From Desulfosudaceae bacterium (GTDB lineage Bacteria > Desulfobacterota > Desulfobacteria > Desulfobacterales > Desulfosudaceae), in NCBI GenBank assembly GCA_963674745.2, contig CAXXDV010000003.1, positions 1,120,001 to 1,184,000 of the forward strand: a DNA stretch of 64,000 bases. The letters are read 5' to 3'. A program made the position numbers and the translations under genes. Positions 29,511-38,010 of this stretch are shown piece after piece. The notes beneath the pieces are model-generated. The model was given only the letters and a program-made list of their open reading frames with translations. It was not told the origin of the DNA and searched no databases. Every line of letters begins with the position of its first letter. Position 1 is the stretch's first letter.

Positions 29511-29726
29511 ATGAAGAAAATAATAGAACGACATTTGCCAGAAGTCGGAACCATACTTAATGGAAAATTTAAGGGGAAAGAATAAACGGCAAAAATAGTT
29601 AAGGACAAAAATTCGGTAACTGGACGAGGCATAAAATACAACAACAAAATTTATAAAAGCATGACGGCAGCAGCAAAAGCTGTTACAAAACAATCTGTTA
29701 ATGGCTGGCGATTCTGGAAATTTTGA
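29511..29726 (+). pseudogene. RAMA-like (restriction adenine methylase associated) small domain, inactivated
   Basis: MKKIIERHLPEVGTILNGKFKGKE*TAKIV...GIKYNNKIYKSMTAAAKAVTKQSVNGWRFWKF*; TAA at 29583; its RBS lies on the other side of IS66. Confidence 0.75.
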
Positions 29727-29810
29727 TTTTAGTTGTAATAGCTCAAGCTGGATCTAATATATGTCAGTTTTGAGTAGGTGTCTGTCAGATTAAGTCTGAA
29801 CTATCCCAAC

Positions 29811-30860
29811 TTAGAACTCTACTTTTGCAATCCCTTCGTTAAAGGCAAAAACTTTTATTGCATTATCAATAATCAAATGGTTTCCGCTGGTGTTTACATA
29901 GCCGTTCTGGCCTGACAGTTTTATAGGCGCAATACCTTCTGAAAAATCGTCCATATCGTCAAACTTGAAATCAATGACCAGCTTATTGTCCTTATCAATT
30001 ACGCCCCATTTTCTGTTCTTTCGAACAGGCGCAAGCCCTTCATGAAAACTTTTGGCATCTTCATATTGTGGCTTTATAATTTGTTTACCTTCGCGATCAA
30101 TATAGCCGAAGAAAATATCTTCTCCCTGATCTCTAATACCAACCAGTCCGTAGCCGTCTGAAAAGGACTCAGCCAAAGCATATTTTTCTTTATTAAGCGG
30201 AATAATGCTCCCCTTTTTTTCCAGGTGGGGAAAGCGAATTTTTAGAAATTTCCAGCTATCTATAAAATCATAACCGTCTTCTTCAACACAGGCTATTCCC
30301 TCTTCAATTTTTAAAGCATTATAAAATCCCGAAAGACGACTATTTATGTCCCCATTTTGATTGATATAACTCATTTCTCCACCTGAGCCGGAAAAACTAA
30401 CAGCTGCCAACCCCCCTGAAAAAACATCAGCCCGCTTATATTTCGGTGGGATTATAACCTTACCATTAAGATCTATATAGCCCCATGCCGACTTTCCATG
30501 CGTCCTGTCGTACATTTTAACCGGAGCAAGAGCGTCATCTTTGATTTCGCTGAAATTTTTGGCGTCTTCGTATATAAAGTCTAAAAACAGATTTCCCTTT
30601 TGGTCGATGAAGCCCCATCGTTTATTCAGTTGAACCAAGGCCAGGCAGAACAGTGATGGACCATTTTTGCTCGAAAGCATTATTTTAAAGAATGACAATG
30701 CGTTTTCATAATTTGGCTGTATGGCAATTTCTCCGTCCTTTTTAATGAATCCCCATTTGCCATCTACTTTAATCGGGGCAAGGCCTTGAGAAAAATCACG
30801 AGCATCATCAAACTTTTTATCGTTTATATACTCGGCGGATTTGTTAATAAACTTGTACAT
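29811..30860 (-). CDS. WG (KWG) repeat protein without evident signal peptide
   Basis: Repeated F(S/H)EGLA-V...(K)WG(F/Y)ID units; GGAGGG RBS. Confidence 0.88.
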   Translation of the reverse strand: MYKFINKSAEYINDKKFDDARDFSQGLAPIKVDGKWGFIKKDGEIAIQPNYENALSFFKIMLSSKNGPSLFCLALVQLNKRWGFIDQKGNLFLDFIYEDAKNFSEIKDDALAPVKMYDRTHGKSAWGYIDLNGKVIIPPKYKRADVFSGGLAAVSFSGSGGEMSYINQNGDINSRLSGFYNALKIEEGIACVEEDGYDFIDSWKFLKIRFPHLEKKGSIIPLNKEKYALAESFSDGYGLVGIRDQGEDIFFGYIDREGKQIIKPQYEDAKSFHEGLAPVRKNRKWGVIDKDNKLVIDFKFDDMDDFSEGIAPIKLSGQNGYVNTSGNHLIIDNAIKVFAFNEGIAKVEF

Positions 30861-30875
30861 ATTCCCTCCATGCTA

Positions 30876-32933
30876 TTAGATAACGCCCATAGCAAAAGCC
30901 ACAACTTTTTCAAGTTGGCGTTCTGTCGCTTTTTGCATTTCTTTTTTTATGTAGCCCTCATTTTGAGTGTGGTCAATTTCATATATCTCTTTAAGGCGAA
31001 AGGACTCGATGCGATTTTTGTCGTCTTTAAAATATGAATTGAAAATTTCCTTTTTTTCGTGAGATTCCTTGTTATAATACGTAGAATTTCTGCCGGCAGT
31101 TAATAACGCCAAATTCCATATCCCGTCTATATCTTCTACTTGTTTTTTACTCTTTCCCTCGTCGTTTCTTGGAGATTGTGGCAGAATATGCTCTACGCTG
31201 GTTCGTTGCGTGAACCGCATATAGTGCTTATTTTGGGAGTCACTGAAGGCCTCTTTCGCCAGAAGATAGTCAATAAGATTTAAAAGGTAAGGAATGTACC
31301 GTTTGCCGTAACTGTATCCCTTCATTTCCTCAAGCCTCTGGTTTTTGTCCCTGTAGTCTGCAGGGAAAAAGGCATTAATTCGGTCACGTTCAGTGGATTC
31401 CATGTGCTCTAACAATTTACTCCATGAGAAGCTGAAAACCGGTTCTTTTTCTTTTAAGTTGAAATTTATTAGCATAAAACTAGCAGCCTCTAGAAGCCAT
31501 GTGTAATTTTCAAGGGTACTTCCAAGCAGCGAATCCTGCAATAATCGACATTTTCCCCGGGACGATTCTTTATCTTCGTCCGGTTTGATTAGTCTTTTCC
31601 TCTTACCGTCACTGTCATTCTCATACCGCATATCTGGAGGCTGTTCATGCCCATCGTCAGTAGGTATGATTACAAATTGATCTAGACAAAGGCGCAATGT
31701 ATGCAGGAGGTAAATAAACATCACTATGTTTTGCTTTTCATTGCCTTCTTTGATTACGACGTTTTCAATATCTTTGACGGTAACGCGATTCCAGGTTGTG
31801 GAGTCCGAAGTGCGGATAATTGTGGACGATGATTCGATTGCCTGCTCACATCGCCCAAGACGTATTCCATTTATCCATAGATCATAAGCAAGTACCACCA
31901 GTTTCCAGCCAGTGAGAATGGGAGGCGCATAGTGGCCATTATCTTCATAAGGAACATTCGACTCAGGAGTTTCGTTTTTTATATCCTCAAGTATATCCGA
32001 AAGTGTAATAGGGGCTAGTTTGTTCGTCTCTCCATCGTTTTCAGCCTCTGCACTTTCAATGTTCTCTGGTTCAATAGGATGACAGGGTTTATTAACCTCT
32101 TTTCGTATATTTAATGCTTTATTCCAGATTGCATTAAGTTTTTCTAAGAGCTCAGGCCCATCGCAGAACTTACTGAGTAGTCTTGCTTTGAGTACATCAC
32201 TTTTTTCCAACTGCTTACCGGTAGAATTAACAAGATCATAGTATTTATACAGGGATTGTGGAATAGCGCTTTTCTCAGATTTTTGCGGTACCTCGACGGC
32301 AAATAGAATGACATTCTTTGCTAACCATTTGGAATATTGTTGTATTGCCAAATGGACTCCTGCACCTTCTGGAATAAAATTTTCTTTAATAAAGTTTTTA
32401 ATCGTATCAAGAGCCTGGGCAAGATAATCCGTAAGTCGGACGGTATCAGCTTGCTGGCCCTGTATATCAGAGGGCCGAAATTCACCTGTTTTAATAAGGG
32501 CCCCGAAACTATGCTTAATGTCTTCCCGGGTGACAAAAGTCAGACGCGATTCATTTTGATGGTAAAGAAACGCGTCAAAAATTTCTTTGTTCTCTAAAGG
32601 TGTTCTGTTTTTAAAATATGCACAAAGAATCGTAAGAGTGGTAAGTCGTTGTTGCCCGTCCAAAACGTCAAAACCGCTATCTTCTGGACGGGCTACCAAT
32701 GATATTGTTCCCAGGTAATACTTATCGACCTTGTCATCTCGCCACGCTTCACATAAGTCCCTAAGCAAGTCGTTGACCTGTTCGCGCCCCCAGCAGTAAG
32801 GACGCTGGTATATAGGAATCCACAGCTTGGATATTCTTTTCCCCTGGTTGCTGCTTAGAACCCTGGCATTATCAAATGCGTCAATGCAAATGCCTGCATT
32901 TCCCGGGCTTATTTTTCCTTCCATATACGCCAT
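30876..32933 (-). CDS. GmrSD-like DUF262 + DUF1524(HNH) protein (TgvB-like)
   Basis: IPIYQRPYCW, LDGQQRLTT, NSTGKQL; C-terminal SVEHILPQ...NLALL...NS. Confidence 0.85.
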   Translation of the reverse strand: MAYMEGKISPGNAGICIDAFDNARVLSSNQGKRISKLWIPIYQRPYCWGREQVNDLLRDLCEAWRDDKVDKYYLGTISLVARPEDSGFDVLDGQQRLTTLTILCAYFKNRTPLENKEIFDAFLYHQNESRLTFVTREDIKHSFGALIKTGEFRPSDIQGQQADTVRLTDYLAQALDTIKNFIKENFIPEGAGVHLAIQQYSKWLAKNVILFAVEVPQKSEKSAIPQSLYKYYDLVNSTGKQLEKSDVLKARLLSKFCDGPELLEKLNAIWNKALNIRKEVNKPCHPIEPENIESAEAENDGETNKLAPITLSDILEDIKNETPESNVPYEDNGHYAPPILTGWKLVVLAYDLWINGIRLGRCEQAIESSSTIIRTSDSTTWNRVTVKDIENVVIKEGNEKQNIVMFIYLLHTLRLCLDQFVIIPTDDGHEQPPDMRYENDSDGKRKRLIKPDEDKESSRGKCRLLQDSLLGSTLENYTWLLEAASFMLINFNLKEKEPVFSFSWSKLLEHMESTERDRINAFFPADYRDKNQRLEEMKGYSYGKRYIPYLLNLIDYLLAKEAFSDSQNKHYMRFTQRTSVEHILPQSPRNDEGKSKKQVEDIDGIWNLALLTAGRNSTYYNKESHEKKEIFNSYFKDDKNRIESFRLKEIYEIDHTQNEGYIKKEMQKATERQLEKVVAFAMGVI

Positions 32934-34288
32934 ATCTCGTTTTGAATGTGAAAGCCACTATCATCTTCTATTGGCTGCTCTTCCTGAATTTCTGCAGTCT
33001 CGTATTCATCAGGGCTGACGCCTAAACTCAGATTCCGGAGCATTTTATTTATATACCGCAATCCGGACTTATAAATATTTAGTGATTCCAAGTGGTTGAT
33101 TTGCACTCTCGATTCTTCGATGCGGTATAGGGCCAGATTTGTGTACACAACTTCCATTAGATGCTGAAAAGTTTGAGATTCGCTGCCGAACAAATCATCC
33201 AGATATACGGCAATGCTTATTGTGATCCAGTCCAGCCGGCGAACACTTGTGTGACTCAAGACACGCCAATTGTCAGTAGAAAGCCAGCTACTGAACTTAC
33301 AAGATTTTCTTAGATCGCGCCATCGTTTATGGTAATGATCAATATACCTGAAAAAGAGTTCGCCGGATTCCAGCGGCATGGTCATGTGCCCCAGCCAATC
33401 AGGTTTTTTCGTTTTAGTATGATTTAAAAATCCAGAAGTTCCAAAGGAGAGAGATGCAGTACGTAATGGTATTGCAAAATGGGTAGTGCCGGGCTGCTTC
33501 TTTAGTATACGTTTGCTGGCGAATTCATCCTCTACTTTAGAACGGTTGTAATAATCGGTTTGTTCTTCACTGTGAAAATATGGTGTGCTTTCCCCCCTTG
33601 CCCAACGCCGGATCGAAAGCAGACAGCTGAAAAGATAATACGTCAGCGTTAGAGTTTCCCCCTCATTTGTCGAATAGTTCTCCAGCTTATTCCATAATTC
33701 GTCCATTTCGACAAGCGCTCTGTCGCCAGGGCCTGCGAGCTTATTTTCCCACATTTTTTGGAGGTGTCGTGCTTTGAGAAGGTCTTTTGAAAGGGCTCGC
33801 TTGCCGGCGGTGTTCTGAGCATCAAAAAATGTAAACGCCAAGTCCAGGTTTCGGACTGTTGTTTGTTGTATATACATTTTTGTCCAGTTATCTGGGATGT
33901 CTTCACTATGTTTTTGAATGGTGTCCATTGCTGTTTTTAAATAAGAGCTACTGCTCTTTTGATTATGTGCTTCCTCGTAGTGGAGTTTGTTTAGCCAGTT
34001 ACTTGAAGAATTTTTCTCTGATGACATTTCGGAAAGGATAAGCAGAAAGCATATCAGTCGCTGTTGACCATCAACAACATAGTTGTTGGATCGATCTTCG
34101 TGAATAATAAAATTTCCCAAAAAGTGACAATCTTCATCAATGATAGTTTCCAAAAGTGCGTCAACGTGCTTAGCCTCCCATTCGAACGACCGCTGGTAAG
34201 ATGATATTGTAAACACTTTACTACCGGGATTCAAAAAATCCTCGAGTGTCAACAATTTAACTTCAACTTCGGGTAGTTTTTGTTCCAT
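32909..34288 (-). CDS. DUF262-only GmrS-like protein (TgvA-like)
   Basis: YQRSFEW, VVDGQQRL, FDAQNTAGK...DLLKA; no HNH motif seen. Confidence 0.82.
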   Translation of the reverse strand: MEQKLPEVEVKLLTLEDFLNPGSKVFTISSYQRSFEWEAKHVDALLETIIDEDCHFLGNFIIHEDRSNNYVVDGQQRLICFLLILSEMSSEKNSSSNWLNKLHYEEAHNQKSSSSYLKTAMDTIQKHSEDIPDNWTKMYIQQTTVRNLDLAFTFFDAQNTAGKRALSKDLLKARHLQKMWENKLAGPGDRALVEMDELWNKLENYSTNEGETLTLTYYLFSCLLSIRRWARGESTPYFHSEEQTDYYNRSKVEDEFASKRILKKQPGTTHFAIPLRTASLSFGTSGFLNHTKTKKPDWLGHMTMPLESGELFFRYIDHYHKRWRDLRKSCKFSSWLSTDNWRVLSHTSVRRLDWITISIAVYLDDLFGSESQTFQHLMEVVYTNLALYRIEESRVQINHLESLNIYKSGLRYINKMLRNLSLGVSPDEYETAEIQEEQPIEDDSGFHIQNEIWRIWKEK

Positions 34289-34532
34289 AATACTACTCGG
34301 TGGTTGATGTGGATTTCAGTTAATGTCCTTTTAATAATCCTATCAATCTATCTTATTAAAATCAATGGTCTCACAGCACATCACCTTCGGCAGTTTCACT
34401 TCCGCCAATGCGTTCTGGCGCAGTAGGTACGCGTGTTATCAAATATTCATTTTTTGCTTTTAGGGATGACATCATTCAGGCAATTAAAATGAAGTTGTGA
34501 GGAGGTGGTTTCCGTTAAGTATAGATCTATCA

Positions 34533-37500
34533 TTATTGAACGACCTCCACCAGATAGCCCGCCACCGGATAATGTAGTTTTTTCACCAAAGGATTGTCGG
34601 TGATCCCCTTTAAACAATCCTCATACGCCTCCAATTGCCCAAAATATTCTTCTGACCTTTTTTTTAGTTCTGCCTGGTTTCCAGGGAAAGCCTTGTGGTC
34701 GATGATGATCAGTTGATCCGGGGTTTCCAGAAGCAGGTCGATAAAGCCGGAGATCAGGATGCCGTTGTCCAGGCGATGGAGGATGGGCACTTCTTTTTTC
34801 CAGGTGGCGTTGGGGTATGTTTTGTCGACCCATGCTTTGAGGGCATCGGCGGATTTTAACAGGTCTTCGGGTTTTAAGCTGCCAGCGACCTGCCAGCGGG
34901 TCAGAATATCTTTTGCCATTTGCAGGCGGGCTTTCTTGTCAAGATCGGTGTTATCGGCGGCATAAAAAGTGTGGATGGCTTCGCCCAGGGCGGTCATGTC
35001 GGGGGTGCCGTTCAGGGGCAGGCGGTCGCCGATTTTCTTCAGGGAGAGGATTTGTCCGTCTCCGGTAATGGAAGAAGGGGATAAGCGGGCAGGGGGGTGA
35101 TCGATTGGCTTTACCGGCGGGTAATCCCGGCCGGATTCAATTTTGCGGGTTTCGGGTTCGGCCGGTTCCAGGGTGCGGGTGTGGATTTTTATTTCTTTAC
35201 CGGCCCAGGTGGCTTTGCTTTTATCCGGGGGGCAGAGCAACCAGTTATCTTTATCGTCTTTGAGCATGCCGAGGATGCCGTTGGCGAATTCCTTTTCCCG
35301 TCCGGCCAGGATGAGGCGGTCCCGGGCGCGGGTCCAGCCCACGTAAAGCAGGCGGAGTTCCTGGCGGTTTTGCTGGCGGGTGGTTTCTGCCATGGTGGGG
35401 TGGTCTTGCAACCGGTCGTGAAAAGCCGAATTTTTTGTCCGTTCATGATAGGGAGAAACCCAGAATCGAAGGATGCGGTCGGCCAGGGGGTTGTCCAGAT
35501 TAAAGCGCTGCCAGTTGCTGATGACCTGAACACCCAGGGCGTTGGGGTCAAAGGTTTTGCCGATCTGGTTTAAGACGGTGATGGGCCATTCCAGGCCTTT
35601 GCAGGCATGCCAGGTGACGATGGTGACGGCGTTCTCGCCGGTGACCGGGGCCCGGGTGTCTTCTTCATTGGCGTTAAGGTCGTAGAGGTGGGCGATGAGA
35701 CCGGCCGGGGTGCAGCCGATGCCTTCTTCAAAACAGGTGTTGATGTAGTTCTGGGCGTGGGCCTTGAGCGAATCCAGGTTGGCAAAACGTTCGGCGGCAT
35801 CGCCCCAGGCCAGGCACCATTTGCGGATGTCCAGGGCCCGGCAGACCAGGTCCAGGCTTTGTTCTACGCCGGCGGAGGGGTAGGTTTTGGCCTGAGCGGC
35901 TATGGCCCGGTGTTCCGGCAGGTCGGCAAAGGCCTGGTTGCCGGGGTTTTTCAGGAGGGCCTCCAGCCATTGGGCCGGGGCCTTTGAGAAGTGAAGCAGG
36001 CGGGCCAGTTCGGCCGCGGCCAGGGAGTCTCTGTCATCGACCCACAGGCGCAGGCCGGCCATGACGGCCATGATCTCCGGGGTGGTGAGCAGGCCGGTGC
36101 GGGGCAGGGCGGCCCGGATGTTGAGGCTTTCCAGGGCGGCGGCGGTTTTACGGCAGATGGGATGGGTGCGGCAGAGGATGGCGATGTCGCCCGGTTTTAC
36201 CGGTCGGGCGGGGTTGGTGGATTTGTCCCGGACCTTTGCATTGGGGTCGTTTAAGAGTTTGCGGATGCCGCCGGCCAGGGCAAAGGCGTCTTCGTCCTGG
36301 ATTTTGGCGGTTATGGTCCACCATTCGACGGACGGGCCCAATTGTTTGTCGTCTTTGGGTTTGGCGGGTGAGAGACGCACCCATTCTTCGGGTATGCCGT
36401 GTCGGGCAAAGGCCCGGCTGAAGATATCCGAAGTGAGTTTGACCAGGGGCGGCCGGCTGCGCCAGGATTTGTTCAAGGTTTCGGGTTTGCGGGTTTTGAC
36501 GATTTCGGCCAGGCAGGTGTCCATCAGGGCCGGGTCGGTGCCGCGAAACCCGTAGATGGATTGCTTCTGGTCACCCACCCAGATGGTTTCTTTACTGATG
36601 TCGGCCAGCTTGAGGAGGATGGCCAGCTCGATGGGGCTGGTGTCCTGAAATTCATCCACCAGCAGCAGATCGATGTGATCCTTCAGGCGGTTTATGACTT
36701 CGGGCTGGTCGAGCAGGTTGAGCATCAGGACTTCCTGGTCGGTAAAGTCCAATACACCCCAGAGTCGTTTGTGTTCCTCGTAGATATCCAGGGTGGCAAT
36801 GGCAATGTCAAAGACCCGGCAAATGGCTTCATCCAGGTCCTGTTTTAATCCGGGGTGGCTGTCATGGGATGCGGCCAGGTCTATAAGTCCTTGGGCTTTG
36901 TCGATGGATTTTTTGGTAAATTTCGGGGTGGACAGTTTATGCCATTGTGACCAGGACAATTTTCTGCCCTGTTGCAAGAGGGTTAAGGTGTTTTTGCAAA
37001 GTTCCAGGGCGTCTTTGGTTCCTTTGGTGGTGTCTGCGTCCGGGTCGATGGCTTCAATCACGGCCGCCAGTTCTTCGGCCAGGGCCTGATCCAGATCGGC
37101 TGTGGATGTCCGGCCGAGCAGGTCCTGGATGCTTTGACGGCTGTGGGCTTTGGACTTTTCCAGGTCGTCTGTTGTCAGGCCGTTGCTGCGGGCCAGGGAT
37201 ATGATTCTTTTGACCGCGTCAATCCATTTGAAGCTGCCCAGGCAATCTTCCAGCTCGGTCAGCCGGTGGGTAAGGTCCTGGGTGACCACGCTGGAAATGG
37301 CCCGGCGGACTTCCCGGTTGGCGGCGGTTTCGTCCAGCACGCCGGCCTCGGGAAAGATACCCTGTTCAAAGGCAAAATCGCCGATGAGGCGGCCGCAGAC
37401 GGAGTTGATGGTGCCCATGCGGGCGGCGGCCAGGCGGTTGGCTTCCTCGACCAGGTTTTCGGAGATGAGGCGTTGGCGGACCCGTTCGGACAGTTCGGCG

Positions 37501-37640
37501 GCGGCCTTGCGGGTGAAGGTGGTGGCGATGATGGCCTCCGGGCGGACAGCGCCGGCGGCAATGCGTTCGTGGAGGAGGGTGGACAGGCGGTAGGTTTTAC
37601 CGGATCCGGCCGAGGCGGTGATGATTTTTATGTTTTTCAT
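34533..37640 (-). CDS. AddA/UvrD-like SF1 helicase with C-terminal RecB-type nuclease
   Basis: ASAGSGKT, TFTRKAA, DEFQD, VGDQKQSIYGFRG, HACKGLE, YVGWTRARD; GFIDLL...IDHK...QLEAY. Confidence 0.9.
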   Translation of the reverse strand: MKNIKIITASAGSGKTYRLSTLLHERIAAGAVRPEAIIATTFTRKAAAELSERVRQRLISENLVEEANRLAAARMGTINSVCGRLIGDFAFEQGIFPEAGVLDETAANREVRRAISSVVTQDLTHRLTELEDCLGSFKWIDAVKRIISLARSNGLTTDDLEKSKAHSRQSIQDLLGRTSTADLDQALAEELAAVIEAIDPDADTTKGTKDALELCKNTLTLLQQGRKLSWSQWHKLSTPKFTKKSIDKAQGLIDLAASHDSHPGLKQDLDEAICRVFDIAIATLDIYEEHKRLWGVLDFTDQEVLMLNLLDQPEVINRLKDHIDLLLVDEFQDTSPIELAILLKLADISKETIWVGDQKQSIYGFRGTDPALMDTCLAEIVKTRKPETLNKSWRSRPPLVKLTSDIFSRAFARHGIPEEWVRLSPAKPKDDKQLGPSVEWWTITAKIQDEDAFALAGGIRKLLNDPNAKVRDKSTNPARPVKPGDIAILCRTHPICRKTAAALESLNIRAALPRTGLLTTPEIMAVMAGLRLWVDDRDSLAAAELARLLHFSKAPAQWLEALLKNPGNQAFADLPEHRAIAAQAKTYPSAGVEQSLDLVCRALDIRKWCLAWGDAAERFANLDSLKAHAQNYINTCFEEGIGCTPAGLIAHLYDLNANEEDTRAPVTGENAVTIVTWHACKGLEWPITVLNQIGKTFDPNALGVQVISNWQRFNLDNPLADRILRFWVSPYHERTKNSAFHDRLQDHPTMAETTRQQNRQELRLLYVGWTRARDRLILAGREKEFANGILGMLKDDKDNWLLCPPDKSKATWAGKEIKIHTRTLEPAEPETRKIESGRDYPPVKPIDHPPARLSPSSITGDGQILSLKKIGDRLPLNGTPDMTALGEAIHTFYAADNTDLDKKARLQMAKDILTRWQVAGSLKPEDLLKSADALKAWVDKTYPNATWKKEVPILHRLDNGILISGFIDLLLETPDQLIIIDHKAFPGNQAELKKRSEEYFGQLEAYEDCLKGITDNPLVKKLHYPVAGYLVEVVQ

Positions 37641-37654
37641 GTTATTCTGGCTTC

Positions 37655-37761
37655 GTAAAAAGTCCAATATCTGCGTTGCGCTGCATCTCTCGGAATTTCA
37701 CGTACTCTTATGTACGCTGCATTCCTCGAGATTTGCGACGCCTTGATCTTAAACTTTTTAC
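37655..37761. repeat. ~107 bp imperfect palindromic MITE-like element
   Basis: Ends GTAAAAAGT...ACTTTTTAC; internal TCTCG/CGAGA and CGTAC/GTACG pairing. Confidence 0.55.
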
Positions 37762-38010
37762 TTTGCCATCCCTATTTTGTTCTTTTTGGTTTCTGTATCT
37801 TTTGTCCTTATTGCTGTTGGAAGCACGGGCAAGCTGTCGCTTTGCCCGTGGCACCCAAATAAGTGTTTTTGGCTCTTAAAAAACGTGCAGCCGTTTTTAA
37901 AATGTCCGGCAGATCTGGATCCCGGATCGGGGTCCGGGATGACGAGGAATGTGGTCAATTTTATTCTGGATCCCGGATCGGGATCCGGGATGACGTGGAA
38001 TGGGGTCATT

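Noticed and set aside
34366..34445. Possible integron attC site
   Set aside because: R''/R' boxes do not match convincingly, it is a single copy, and no integrase is present
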